Of a DNA stretch of 64,000 nucleotides, positions 13,184 through 26,326 are shown piece after piece. Each line of letters begins with the position of its first letter. Position 1 is the first letter of the stretch. Made by a program: the position numbers and the translations under genes. The notes under the pieces are model-generated. The model was given only the letters and a program-made list of their open reading frames with translations. It was not told the DNA's origin and searched no databases. Source of the DNA: Styela clava. Taxonomy: Eukaryota. The stretch lies in NCBI RefSeq assembly GCF_964204865.1, contig NC_135253.1:20832001-20896000 (forward strand), read 5' to 3'.

Positions 13184-14519
13184 AGGCACACCTGTTCGAA
13201 TCTATGGAATGACATGTATTGATTGCGTGTTTACATGAAATTCGAGATAAATAATTGTTTGGGGAATTTTTGTTTTCACTAAACAATGGTTGACTACATC
13301 TGTCCCACATTCTCCTTTTAATAGAAAGTGTTGAAGGCAGTATGTTCCCTCGCCTTTCATTTTAGGAGGGGCGTTTCGAAACTTAAGAGGTGGTAAATGT
13401 TTTGCTTTCACCGATAAAACTATTTGTAACCTAAAAAAATGTGTTATGTATTTGATAGAACCATCTGCAATGATAAATATGCCACTTTCTGACATTCAAA
13501 TACAATAATATGGATCTAAGCTAATTTTCAAAGTTTGGTACACACCTCAAAATTATGAGGGGTGTTTAGGGGGGGGATTCAACTTCTATAGGGGTGTAGG
13601 TAAATCACTAGTTGAAGAGAATGTGCCACGTACTAATAGTGAAACCGTGATTGGGACGAAATTTCGTATTTTGTGTTAGTGCTAGTGTTGTACTTAAATA
13701 CGCGGGTTCGATATTACCATTATATGAGATGAGAAATAGCAAGAAGAAAGATAAGATCCCTCACTTCCCACATAATATCCAATGAAAAATGTTCCATTTT
13801 ATTTATTATATCATTATGCTATTTTGAACATGATAGCATGTATGGCGGAACTTGCGGTGGTTTAGGTTATGAGTTGTAACATGTTTTCAGTTCACCGTTG
13901 ACGCCTTTTGGTATGTAGGATTTGTGAAATTGTCGGTGTTGATCTTCGATAATCTGTTTAGGAAATAATAAATTCGAGAGGCAACGCGATTATATCAGTG
14001 TTTCTTAACCTTGGTTAGGGTAACCCTAGAGTTCGATGGATCTGTTCCAGAAGCTTAACGAAGGACCTTTCACGCCATGAAGTTAGGGTTAAGAATCACT
14101 ACTTTATGTAGTATTTGTAGAAATATCCTCGAAAACTCGAAATGCGATACTACTTCTCGACAAAACGCGAACGTTCACAAACAAGGCCGTATACAAACAG
14201 ATATTTTTTTAGATTTCCGCAGATTTTTTCCCCTCAAGGTCCCTGATATTTCTTGTCCACACAGATGTTCAACCCATAATCTAACCACTGCTCCGGCCAG
14301 CTATACTTTAGGTGACTTATCTAGGGTATGGCAACCAATAGAGGATAGAGGCGCAAAACGGCGAAGATTTTCGGTTTCAAATGTTTCAATAAATCTGTAT
14401 TTCTATTTAAATAATAACGTACAAGTATCTCATTTTAACAGAAGCTGTTAATAAAAATGGCAACAAAGTTGAAGGGGGCGCAGTTTCAAACTTTAGCATG
14501 GGCGTCTCTATATGTAGAT

Positions 14520-15182
14520 CAGGGGTCTCCAACACGCGGGCCGCGGGCCGCATGCGACGCAATGCCCAGGAAGTGTATATGTTCGGTAAAGCAGAGAATA
14601 TTGTGAAATTATAATATCAAGGTTCAGTGCCTCATGTGTTGTGCAATTATTGCTGTTCAAAAGAAATACAACATCCGGCGATATTACGACTCATTACACA
14701 GGGGAAAATACCATCATGTCTATATATACTGAAACAAATCGTCACGAAAAGGTATCGCAATTAAAATTTTCACTTTTGAAACAGAGATTTTTTTTTCTCG
14801 GACGAACAAAACTTTGTGAAGCTTCGGTGAAAGCAATCTTTGCCATAAGTGAGATGATTTCAAAATCGTCGCGTTCTTTCGTTGAAGGAAGCTTTAATAA
14901 AGAGTGTATGTTGAAGGCTTGTGAAGTAACAGCAGCATTTTTTTCAACAATGAAAGTTAACAGATCAGCCTTTCGCACACGACTATCGAACAAGAGTTTG
15001 TATGCTGTCTCAAGACTAGCAAACCAACGCTAAATCTCACCTTTACAAAATGGTGACAAATGTCCATCACAACTAATTTTTTTTCCATTTTTTTATGTGT
15101 ACCTAATTTGTTGTTTTGCGGCCCGCGTCGTCAACAAATTTCAAAAAGTGGCCCGCGACATGTTTTGAGTTGGAGACTCCTG
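14520..15182 (+). mobile_element. Internally deleted hAT transposon (SPIN/Charlie/GTF2IRD2-type transposase remnants)
   Basis: TIR caggggtctccaac / gttggagactcctg; perfect TSD atgtagat. Frameshifted N-terminal transposase remnants (CLMC..IAVQKKYNIRRYY..H; ISKSSRSFVEGSFNKECML) are fused to a C-terminal dimerization-domain remnant (FSTMKVNRSAFRTRLSNKSL). Confidence 0.88.
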
Positions 15183-15492
15183 ATGTAGATACACCCGTGT
15201 ATAATTATTATTATAAATCACCATTTTGTATGAGAAATCGTTTCAAACTTAGCAATCTATTGTTAAATAATAAGAGGATTGCTGAACGTTTTATCGTCGT
15301 ATAGTGGTTCACGTAACTGCTAGTCGATTACGGCTTCCTCCGCCAACAAGTACATGCATTTAAAAAAAATAAATGTCTAACTAATCCCATACCTGGCATG
15401 GTCTGGTAACCGGGCGAGGGGCCTTGGTTCACCATATGTTTACGCCATCTTATCGGCGGGATAAATATGAAATCCTATCTTAATTAATAATA

Positions 15493-15881
15493 TCCATACC
15501 TTCAATGGGGACTAGAAAAGCTGAATGCTTTTGCCGCCTTTTTCATTTGAAGAATTTTCACACCACAGACCGATTATGACGTCACTGACAAAAATATTCA
15601 GCTGTTGCACGCCTGGATTACTTCCTATACATCCGCTATTACTCTCATTTTTGTATGTTTTGATAGATTCTCTCGAATTTAGCTCAGAACTAATGAGTCG
15701 AATGGACGATTTTATCATGAGTGTACATGGGTGGGCACCATAGCCGGGTCATTCATTTTAATTCCTGAGTGAGTTCTCGTGATCTTCCTTTGAGCAAATA
15801 TTCAAATAAATGGAAAGGTTGATGCAGTCTCCCTACATTCGGTATTCAGTATTTTAGTTCATATACCATTGAAGGTATGGA
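15493..15881. mobile_element. Unclassified TIR element
   Basis: Perfect 16-bp inverted repeat tccataccttcaatgg / ccattgaaggtatgga; no clear TSD; single copy in the window. Confidence 0.6.
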
Positions 15882-16369
15882 ATTCGTAGAAAGCCTCTGC
15901 ACAGTCATAATACGCCGCGAATAGAGCCATGAAATGCTTGAAGTAAAACGTAAGTAATTAAATTTGACTATTAAGTAATTAAAATAACTAAATTTACTAT
16001 TAAATTTTACTAATCTAGATTTAATGTAATTGGTAACACCAGAAAACTCTGAATGAGTTTGCCGTATTCGGAGGCAGCATACTCGGCGGAATAAAAACGA
16101 CTACTCGATGTCATTCGTTGGACCAAATAGCTTTGTGAAAGCCGTGTCAGTACTTCATTGAATGAATTTTGTGGATGGCTTTGTAGATTTTACCTGATGG
16201 AAGATATCAACCATATATATTCAACTCTATAGAAATCTATGGAAAAATCTTTTTCTAGACAGCGGTATGAAAGGTGGAAGATGCAAAGAATTGGGTGAAA
16301 TAACAAATAGAAAGCGGATTTACGCTCGGAGTAGCAGTTGGCGACAATTTGTTTAAACGTTCTGCACTG

Positions 16370-16440
16370 AGTTTTTATACCATATTAGTTTAGTTTTTAT
16401 ACCATATTAGTTTAGTTTTTATACCATATTAGTTTTAGTG
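16370..16440. repeat. Minisatellite, 3 x 22-23 bp
   Basis: gtttttataccatattagttt(t)a repeated three times. Confidence 0.9.
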
Positions 16441-16639
16441 AGTGTTGTATTGAAATAGTAATTAATTGATTAATATTAGTTACTATATCCATTGCGTATT
16501 TGTCTTTCTGTAATCAGTTAATTGCTTATTAAACTCGATTCCCAGATAATTACAAAAAAGTGTTATCTACATCTTTAGATCTGTGGATTAACACATGCGA
16601 GCATAATACGATACCGTACCGTTATTTTAATGAAGCATA

Positions 16640-17180
16640 CTTAATGTTTGGAAGTATTCTTATAATTGAGATTATCTGCATATATTTCAACCAGTTAAAA
16701 ACACATTTCAACACATTTGTTAATTTACTGATCTAACGTTGACGAATGGGCGTTATAGAAAGTAGTTTACTCTAAAAGCTTACTCTAAGGGTGTACATTC
16801 ATGTAGTGCATGAAAAGGAGTAGGTGTTGACGATTCTTCATAAAGCAATAATCAACGAACGTAACCATTGCACGCTGCGTTCAATTTCCTTTTTTGAGAG
16901 ATCCTTGCTGTTAAAATTCTTTGGACAGTGCAGTTGATTATTATATTGATGGATTTCTAATGTTTAGAAAGTTTTTCAAATATTGAGATTCTCTGTTCAT
17001 ATATTTCAACAAGATTGTGTGCTTTTCAACACATTTCTAAATTTACTAAGCGGATGATGACTAATGGATTTTTGAGAGAGTAGTTTATTCTAAGAGCAAA
17101 AGGCAAACACGTTTATAGTGCACGAAAAGTTCAAGCTTTTAAAGGTTCTGTGGAGCAATAATATAATGTATGTAACCACA
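16640..17180. repeat. Diverged tandem duplication (period about 317 bp)
   Basis: attgagatt.tctg..catatatttcaac...caacacattt...atttact...agtagttta.tctaa at about 16666 and 16982. Confidence 0.75.
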
Positions 17181-18827
17181 TTGCTTGTAATTTAGTTAAA
17201 CGATCTCAACCGGTATCAGTATACAGAATTGAGAGTAACTGAGCTTTTCGTCCATGTTTGGGAAAAGTTTGGGTTAAATATGAATTAGGTCAAAAATATT
17301 TTCCACAAATTCTATTTCAGTAAACGCTATAGAACAGATAATTTTGCGCGGGTAAAAATAAATAACGGTTTTAGAATATAAATTTTTCATTTATCCAGTG
17401 AAGAGGAAAGCCTATAAGACGGATTAATCATATTGCGAATCACGTCAAGTCGCTTGGTTACAAGTCCATGTTGGTTATAAGATTAGTTAGCCAGTTATTC
17501 GTTACAGATGAACGAACTTGTCGGTGACGTAATTTTTTTCCTCTGCGTGTCACTAAACTAAATGAGGTCCGCATACCTTCATATCATACAGAGTGATTGC
17601 TGTTATTTCTAAATTCCTATTGCGGTACATAACCCAAAGTGCGTTTTTTTCATATATCGCTGCCGGGAACAAAATTAGCGTATATCACAATTTAATTATT
17701 TTGGAAGATTCTGTATTTTTGTAATCTTCTGCTCTATCATCTAATTCTAAACCTAAAAAGAACATAAGGCACTGACTAAGACTAAAACAGGTACACCTCT
17801 TTGAAAACCAAACTAAAAATGGCTCCTGGTTCCTAATGACAAAAGATCAAAAATGTGACATAAATTACTTCGGTTTGGCGGCGCATGTGTCAGCATTAAG
17901 ATTTTCGTCGTTTCCAAATCCATACCGAGATATCCTCGTATATTAGAAAAGTCGGTAACGCAGATACGGTTCATTATTCGAGGCTAAGTTTACTCAGAGG
18001 ACACGTGTTTGAAATACTTTTGCTTTACCATGATTAGTGCAGTATCAATCATCAATAGCGCTTTGAATACTTAGTGATCCCTTGGGTATTTCTTATAAAT
18101 ATTGATGAAGTGCAGAGAAGCGGTTTTGCTTTCACGGGTAAAGTGATTTAAATGTGCTTGCTTTTGTCTGTTTTAATTTTTTAGCGTGTATACGTGTATA
18201 CTGGTAATACCAGAGTTAGCAAAACAGCGTCAAAACTCTTGAATTAAATATAATAATTATCGGTATTCGTGCTACAGTATACATGCACTATTGGACACAA
18301 AGTGGGCCACCTATGAATCGGTTTCTTAACATGTTGTTGTTGATCTTGTTTTTGTTGGTATTCTTGGTAATTTTCTTCTTATGGTTATGAAAAATCGCTT
18401 TTTTCAACTACTAGACCAATTGCTTTGAAAACTTCAGTAGGTAAAGATTGTAATTTTCACTAGAAGGCTATTACTTTTTCGTGTCCATATTTGAGCATAG
18501 CGCTTTTGCGTGTATCCTTTCACGCAAATACACGCAAAAAAGATAGTTAGTCTCGCGTAACCCCAACTCATAAGTATATTTATTGTGAAGGGGTCGATAT
18601 ATTACAAGGAACTCAATGGTGGGTGCTGAGATAGAAACAACCGCAGGAACTGTGAGAAGTCAGAAGAAACGCCCGCTGCCTACTTTCATGAAATGCTTTC
18701 AAAACAAGATCGCGTGGTCCTTACTGAAGTGACAAGAATTGACGCAGAAATTTTTGCTCAGAAACTTTTACAAAACGATATCGTTTAAAGGCAGAGTAAC
18801 CTTTGTACGATAAAAATACACAAATTT

Positions 18828-18942
18828 GGTGCTCCCGTAGTATTCGTACCAAGATGGTGAAAAACAACCCCAACATAGTATGTATACCAGGTTAGGATTG
18901 GCAGGTTGTGCGCCATCTTGGTACGAATACTACGGGAGTGCC
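18828..18942. mobile_element. Family B MITE (short form)
   Basis: About 30-bp TIRs; flanking caaattt direct repeat. Confidence 0.88.
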
Positions 18943-19276
18943 CAAATTTGTGCTGCTATAGCGTGAGGACTATACCGCCATATATACCTTATCTACGTTT
19001 GAGTTAGGGATAAAAATAAATCAATCAGCGGCAGACCTCGCGAAATAGTACTACCTTGAGGTATACCTCACTCTACAGTGTGGTAAACCTCGCGTTATTG
19101 TACTAGCTTAAGGAGATATCACGCTAGAGTAACACTAGGAATTGTGTTTAATTTAGTGGTCGACCTAAAGTGTATCTTTCAATATTTAATAGGTAGTGTA
19201 AATATTTGCGATGAAATTTAATTTTATTGTGTATTACGCAAGGGTGTAGCCACTGCAAATAAAATTGGAAATTTAT

Positions 19277-19489
19277 ACGATCCAGAAGTGTGTGTACTGA
19301 TATGGAGGTAACCATTTTTTTTCGCCTACTGTACATCAAGTTGTGTTAGGGACTGAAACCTATCGGCGCTAGGTATATTCACTTGGCTAATACAGACAGT
19401 CCCCGGAACTCGTAAATAAACTGAAATAGGGAAAATCGGAATAAAATTGGGACCTTACCATAACCTGGTACACACACTGCGGGAGTACC
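19277..19489 (+). mobile_element. Family A element
   Basis: Colinear with the other family A copies. Confidence 0.88.
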
Positions 19490-20719
19490 AAATTTTATAT
19501 GTAATGAAAATCGTATGAAGTACAGGATTAGAACAGCGGAGATCCAATGTGAAATCAATTTTTTTCAGGCAGGCTTCGATATTCTTCCATGCGGCATTTT
19601 GTAGTCAATTTTAAATCTCAATCCCTTGAATGTTTAGTAGCAAAACCATTACTGTGTAAAACTTTGCTAGTTAATTTAAATGTATATATCACAAGTTGAA
19701 TTAAAGTTAAAAAATGATTTTTAAATAAGAATGATAATTTTAATTATCAGATTGAAAACAACTTTTTTTTCGATGTGATAAGTTTTGTTTAATAAATAAT
19801 TTTTTGATGATTTCTTGTCACGGGAGTTCTCTAATCTCTATACTTTTAAACAAATATTTGAAAACCTTTGGTTCGTGTCCCGAGATAATGATTCACTCCA
19901 TTGTGTATTTAATGAAAAGATATTACTGTCTTTCCCATGTCTCCTTTATGCGAAGTACAATTGAAACGAGTAATGACTATTGTGCCAATCATTGCTATGT
20001 TCCGTTAGTATGATTGTGTTGACATGTGTGTTTGTATGTATTTTTATTTGCCTCAAAAATGTGACAGCATCTGCATAATAATTAAACAGTATAACAATCA
20101 AACAGTATAACAGAGACGGGATACATGTTCAAGACCTTACTGATCTAAGACACAATTGTGCGACATGCACCTCTAACAAGTAATGTGGCAGTTTAGGATT
20201 ATTTATTGTAATATGGCATGTTTGGAATTTGTCGTAGGATCTTGTGGAGATTGGCACAAAAATCTAACATAGGCAGGAATTCGCAGGGGCCGCATGGCTT
20301 TTAGTTCTTTATGTAGTTTGGAGTAATTTGGAAAGCTTCTATTACTGTATATTTCTATGTACCGTATGTAAGAGTTCTGCTGCACCCTAACACAAAAGCA
20401 TTTTGGTACCGTTTTGTCTGGCCAAAGTCAGCCATGCAGTTTACAACAATGACCAATGTTCAGAAATACATTTATGTTAGTGTGTAGCAGGACTCTTAAA
20501 TTACATTGTATAGTCATGTTTATTCCTGTTACAGCATCCTTCCATTATACGCATACGGAGCCACTAGCATAAAGACATTGAGGAAGGATAGGAGGTTAGT
20601 CTCGCGCAGCTCAAAATTACTGTACTTTTGCTGTTAATTTATCATTTTTTTAATTGTGGTCGTCATTAACAGAATATAATCGAAACTAACTCATCATCTA
20701 TGATTAACACATCAATGTC

Positions 20720-21066
20720 CATCAGTGATCTGATATGTCGTGACGCATCATTTCCTGTGTCGTCATTATTTCCGCTATCTTGTCATTACCTTTCACCCGA
20801 GTCACGTGATGATTTCATCACTATTCGTGATCAGATCTGATGCATTGCAATGTGACTGTTAGATTGGCATGATATAACTACATGATAAACGTTTTCCCTT
20901 CATTCCGAATAGTGTGAGGTCGTGAGGATTGCAGAGCGGCCGGCGAGTTGCGTTGCAACTAAAAGCGTTTGAGATTAGCAGACATTTGCTTTTCGCGTTA
21001 GCACTAGAGAAGTACTTTTGCGAGACAAGAAATAATAGTGCTTGATTCGATCTGCTTTGCTTGTAG
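20720..21066 (+). promoter_or_regulatory. Candidate promoter plus non-coding first exon, possibly of gene 1
   Basis: Locally CpG-rich and free of recognisable repeats. E-box GTCACGTGAT at 20801, inverted CCAAT (gattgg) at about 20862, an ATG-free stretch from about 20900, and a possible donor TAG|gtacat at 21067 followed by a very AT-rich tract. The link to gene 1 is inference. Confidence 0.4.
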
Positions 21067-22156
21067 GTACATTAAATTTATTTCTTACATTTATGTTTAG
21101 TATTTGTATAACCCTTTAGATGGCGGAGTAAATCTGGAGCATTACCATTTTGCGTTAGCTCTAATTGGAGTGTTACATTGGCTAAAAAAGGGGTGATAGT
21201 GCTTGATTTAATATGTTTGTAAGTACAATAAATTTATTCTTATATTTTTGGCAAGGATTTGTATAAAACTTAAGGTAAATGATGGAATAAATCTGGAAAA
21301 TCTGATTGGTAATTTGTGTAGTAGTTCCTGCCCCATTGAGTGGAAATTCATAACATTTTGCCCGTATTATCAATTGCTATACATAGAACCATACATAAAA
21401 AATGAACCAACCGTCGATATAATCATAGTTCTTGTCAGACTGCATTCTACTTAGTTTACCAATAATCAACTTTTGTCTTCTTCGGGCAAAGTTCAGAATT
21501 ATAATTTACATATTAGACCGAAATTTTTCATTTTGTGTAGTTTTGTCATTTCTTTATACTTAGCAGTGCTTCTGGCCTCCTTGACAAAACAGTATAATCG
21601 TAAATGCAAATAAAACTTTACAATGTGTTAGAACTGTAGCTTAAATCTATCAGTATAGCTTCCTTTCTGGAATCTTGTTCGTAGAAAAATGTATTCAATT
21701 TCGCTTCTCAGATCGTTCAAAATTCTCTGTCTGTATAAGTTAAGTAATAGATAGAATGTTTATGTGAACAGCTTGAGCACTTTGTAACCTTGGACGTTCC
21801 GAGTAGTTCATGCACGTTTTATTATTTGCTCATCATTGTAGTGTGTCATAACAATACTTTGAATATCTGAAATTGCACGAATGGAATGCGCTTCTTCATT
21901 TTTAAGAAAGCAGTTATTTTGAATTATTTCTACAGACACAGCAGTTAGTGTTTAAGCGTTAATCGGATATATTTTAAAATTAAACCCACTCGCTCAATCG
22001 ATGTTTAGGGAATTGGATAGCCTAGGCCAAAAATACCACTACCGCCCTATTAGTTACCTGTACGTTGAAGGGCTGGAGGAAGATATAATAGTTCCCACAA
22101 AGACACGTAGTCGTATAAAACCGAAATAAATTTATCGTTTGAATTTCATTTTATTC

Positions 22157-22267
22157 GGCGCTCCTGTAGTATTCGTACCAAGATGGCGCAAACCTGCTAA
22201 CCCTAACTTGGTATGCATAATATATTCAGGTTGTGCGCTATCTTGGTACGAATACTACGGGAACACC
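22157..22267. mobile_element. Family B MITE (short form)
   Basis: About 30-bp TIRs; perfect 8-bp TSD ttttattc. Confidence 0.9.
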
Positions 22268-22786
22268 TTTTATTCAATTCTCATAAAGTCGCTTTTGATT
22301 CACTGATTAAGTAATTAAAACAATGAATAGAACTTATTACTAAATAACTCTCAATCAGTATTATCCTGCGGTTGGAACACCCATCAAACAAATGTTTATT
22401 CAATCAATCCCACCTGGCACACCTTGAAAAAAAAACGTATTCTGATTTAAATATAGAAAGGTATGAACGGGGTACGCCTTACTTTGTACGCCTCAAAAAC
22501 TGTGAACATCAGATAAATGTGGTACGGTTATATACTCTCAAATATGCAACTAGTATAACATATTCAAATCTGTATTTGAAGCATGCGAAGTCGACTATTC
22601 GACGAACGTTTAATAGTTATTTTATGGCATATTTATGCAGTCTCAACATGTGGATTAGAAAGAATTTGAGATATAGGAGGAAGGAAAACAAGTAGTTCAT
22701 TTTATTGTCAGTTGGGGTTACATGAGACTCACTATTTCTGTGCTTTTGTTCTGTGGTAAAGGATATTGTAGCAATAATAAAAATGA

Positions 22787-23012
22787 CGGGTCCTTTGTAC
22801 AAAGGCCCGCCCAGAAAACACCTGTGCCAACGATAAAAATGAGAAAATTAGTAATTATCTATTTAGGGATGCAGAATGCGCTGGAAATTCATATTTTCAA
22901 TTTATTTCTAATCCCAAATGGATAGTTACTAATTTGTTATTTCGAAACTGTGACGTTTTTTTTCTCAAAATTCACATTTTTGCAATAATGGAGGGGGCTT
23001 TCTACAGAAATC
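22787..23012. repeat. Degenerate palindromic repeat family G (also about 29250-29475, 32380-32597, fragment 23865-23950)
   Basis: Shared aaattagta / ttactaattt inner inverted repeat and tttgtacaaa terminal motifs. Confidence 0.6.
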
Positions 23013-23380
23013 CAAAATGACTATTCTTAATAATTAGATTTTTTAAACGTGATTATTGAGTAAAATGATTTATGAATTGAACGCGTTTAAATTCTTACGA
23101 ATGACTCACGAAGAGTGAAATTGGCACGATCACCTTTCACGATGCATGGAAGAGCAATTATTAACTCGTGAATCAATTATAGGTGACGATACTTAATTCT
23201 ATTAACATTAAATCACCATCCGTGTGAGCAGATGTTTGTAGCATTAAAGGCGATAATCTTAGTCGCAGTCACGGTAACGCTATAATTACCGGTGGTAATC
23301 GGTTATCCACGGTCATGAATTTGAACGACCAACTATCTATTTGGTTAATCCCGTAAGCTCGATGGCCCTAGCGGTTAAAT

Positions 23381-23691
23381 TAAACATGGTCAAACTACGA
23401 CCCGCGGGCTAAATCCAGCCCGTTGCGTTATTCAATCTGGCCTACCTGATGCTGGCACAACCAAACCAAACTCACATTTTTATGTTTTAGCTAAATAATA
23501 GCTCCAGTTATTTATTGAGCTTGTGATCAAATTTAGTTTTTGGTATACGAGGTTTATTGTTTTCCACTTTTATAACACTGTAAATATTGTTTATAAAATG
23601 TCACTTTTTACGTCACACTTACATAGCCCGCCCGACTAAGTGCCATGGGCAAAAATTGTGGGCTCTAGTCCAAAAACTTTGCCAACCCCCG
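23381..23691 (+). mobile_element. hAT-type MITE, family D
   Basis: TSD ggttaaat / ggtcaaat (7/8); colinear with 34515-34800, 40315-40621 and a partial minus copy at 50620-50786. Confidence 0.85.
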
Positions 23692-24160
23692 GGTCAAATA
23701 GTTATACTTATCTGTCTTGGCATCCCTGGTACAAATCTTATGCCCTAACTTCACCCAAGTTTCAATGTCAAACCAGAAAAATATTGTTAGATAGTAATGG
23801 GTTCTTGTTTAAGGCCTTATTCGAAGCTGAAGTCATGCGGATAACCATCGCTGTGCCCTGTGCGGGTCTTTTGTACAAATCCCCCGCAACCGCTCAAAAT
23901 AAAATATTAATAATCCAGTTGCAGTTTGGGTTAAGGTTAGAAATGCAGATTGTGCCGACAATTCAAATTTCCAAAACATTTCAAAAGCATTAATAACATG
24001 CTTGTCATATCCCTAATAGTTATGATGCGCAATTTTTCGGTTTCAAAATTCATAGTGAGGCGATTGTATGTCAAAAAACATTGAATTTCTCGCTTCTCTT
24101 AACGGTTCAAGTAATTATTGGGGGATCATAACACCTTCCATCAAGCCCATGCATCTGAGA

Positions 24161-24346
24161 GGTGACCGTACATTTGAACCCTCGTACATTTGAAACCATG
24201 TGTGAATCCGCGGGTTCAATCTGTATGCGGGTTCTAAAACCCATGGGTTAGGGTTAGTATGGGTTCAAATATCCGTAAAACAAAAAAAAATTCATAGGTG
24301 CAATATATGCAGGAGCAATTGTCGTGGATTCAAATTTACGGGAACC
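24161..24346. mobile_element. GG-terminated MITE, family C
   Basis: Ends ggtgaccgtacatttgaacc / ttcaaatttacgggaacc; TSD atctgaga (8 bp); internal gggttagggttag. Confidence 0.85.
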
Positions 24347-25006
24347 ATCTGAGATAATAGCTTTCTAGCACATTAGCTATTTTTGAAATTGGTTACAAAT
24401 TGAGTATTCTTATATTTGTACCCCGCTGGCTATACATGAGACAACTGTATTTTAATAATTCCCAATGGTAGAAAATTGGAGGTACAAATGTTATTGCACT
24501 TAAATGTATCATTTAAATAACCTGCCTTATTGGCTGTCCTTCAGATAACAAATTTAGTGATATGACAAACATATTTTGGTGGTTTAACTATTCTGGCACG
24601 CGAATGTATCCCGTATCTTTGATACTTTGATAACGCAAGTGTATCATTTGAGTTTGTTACTGAATACACCATGAAATCGTTCATTAGGTTACTTCATTCA
24701 TCGTGCGGATGTAAAACGAACACGTAACGGGAAGCGGGGATGTAATGTCGAAAGTACGTGATGTGCATGGAACACAACAAGCATTGAATCATGTTTCGGT
24801 TCTCGAATACGTGACATAAAGCCGAACGATCACGTAATATTATATATTACAAGTCCAATGGTAAAAATTGGGAAATAATTAGCCTTGAATGAGCTAGCGA
24901 CATTTTATCATCTCCACATGCAGACTCCCGCTTTTCTCACAACTTCAGCCTATATTAGTTTAGGATAAATTAACTTCGGCTATTTGCCCATCTTTTCATA
25001 TTTATC

Positions 25007-25836
25007 ATATCGTCACGCTAATAACCGAATTGCGTAAGTCATTTTTGGCGATTTTGAGTTTTTTATAAAATAGGTATTTATGTAATGCTGCGCACCTGTC
25101 TGTTAACTCAGATTTTATTTTTAGAATTCCGAAACCCATAAAAATGGAGATTTAGTATGACATGCACATTTGTGCAATTATTTCGTCATAATGAATCACC
25201 ATTGTTACCGCAGGACTATTGTGACGTCACAAAAGCAAAATAACCTCTGCGAAGTATTTTCGAGTTTTTGCATCTCGGATTTTAGCTTAGCGCGAATTAA
25301 TTTGAATTTATAGTACAGTATAGGAAGACGTGCACTTGTGATATTCACTGTCCGATACCAATTCACCTTGGTTGGCTTTTATATTGGGTGCATTGCTGTT
25401 TAATTCTTTATATTTGATCTTAGTCTTATTTCGGTGGGTGTGCAGAACGTGTTATATTGATGAAATATATATTTTTAAACATAAAAAATAATGTAATTGA
25501 AACTGATTAGCTATTTTTGGGATTAGACACTGTATATTCTGAGAATTACATTCGTTTTTGGAATGTTTAGTTTTCAGGACTGGTGCATATAGTAAAGTTG
25601 CAAAATTGCGTATGTCCCCAAGTCATAGACACATTTCTGCCTAAGTCACAGTGCGCCATTATGACGTCACTTAACTGCGTCATACAAATTAACCTAAATC
25701 CGGCTACGATCAAAAAATTGAACCATGGCAAATTATTGACTCTCAATGGCATATCAATATCACTGGAAAGTTTTTCACGTTTTTCTCAAAACTGCTAAAA
25801 ATGACTTACGCAATTCGGTTATTAGCGTGACGATAT
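25007..25836. mobile_element. Non-autonomous TIR element (possibly Tc1/mariner-like, TA target)
   Basis: About 40-bp perfect inverted repeat atatcgtcacgctaataaccgaattgcgtaagtcattttt at both ends; no transposase ORF inside. Confidence 0.8.
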
Positions 25837-26122
25837 TATTTTTGGAAAACCGATTCACGTATTAGGGAATTCAACTAAACTAACTTATCCCAACCTATGA
25901 ACTGAATCTAAGAAAAGAAATGGGAAATTCTGAGGTTGGCAATAATATCATCACAAATACATAACAAGTGATAACCGTTACATCACAACTGACGTCACAA
26001 AATCGGTACGTTAGATGTCGAAATGCGGACATTTCACTCTGTCCAGTTAGGAAGTCGAGTTTTTTATACAATCATCCCACTATGCATTGGACGTTAACAC
26101 AACACAATGAAATATCTCAAAT

Positions 26123-26326
26123 GGTTCCATTACATTTGAACCCACGTACATTTGAACCCATGACAATTGCACCTGTATGCTATTGCATCTATGGAATTTT
26201 TTTTTGTTTCACGGATAGTTAAACCCATACTAACCCTAACCCATGGGTTTTAGCACCCGCATATAGATTGAACCCGTGGATATACGCATGGGTTCAAATG
26301 TACATGGGTTCAAATGTACGGTCACC
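26123..26326. mobile_element. GG-terminated MITE, family C (opposite orientation to the 24161 copy)
   Basis: Ends ggttccattacatttgaaccc / gggttcaaatgtacggtcacc; perfect 9-bp TSD atctcaaat. Confidence 0.88.

Noticed and set aside
12946-13212. Recurring ORF peptides such as FAYFTSSCVK...IGIKLWPNPNLVHTLREY (also 29622, 32640, 38079, 38237)
   Set aside because: These are translations of the family A repeat; frames shift between copies, so this is not a gene family.
14641-15033. 130-aa ORF as a functional gene
   Set aside because: It is a frameshifted, core-deleted transposase remnant inside a TIR/TSD-bounded element.
24245-24258. TTAGGG/CCCTAA runs as interstitial telomere
   Set aside because: Only 1-2 units, always inside MITE families A, B or C.
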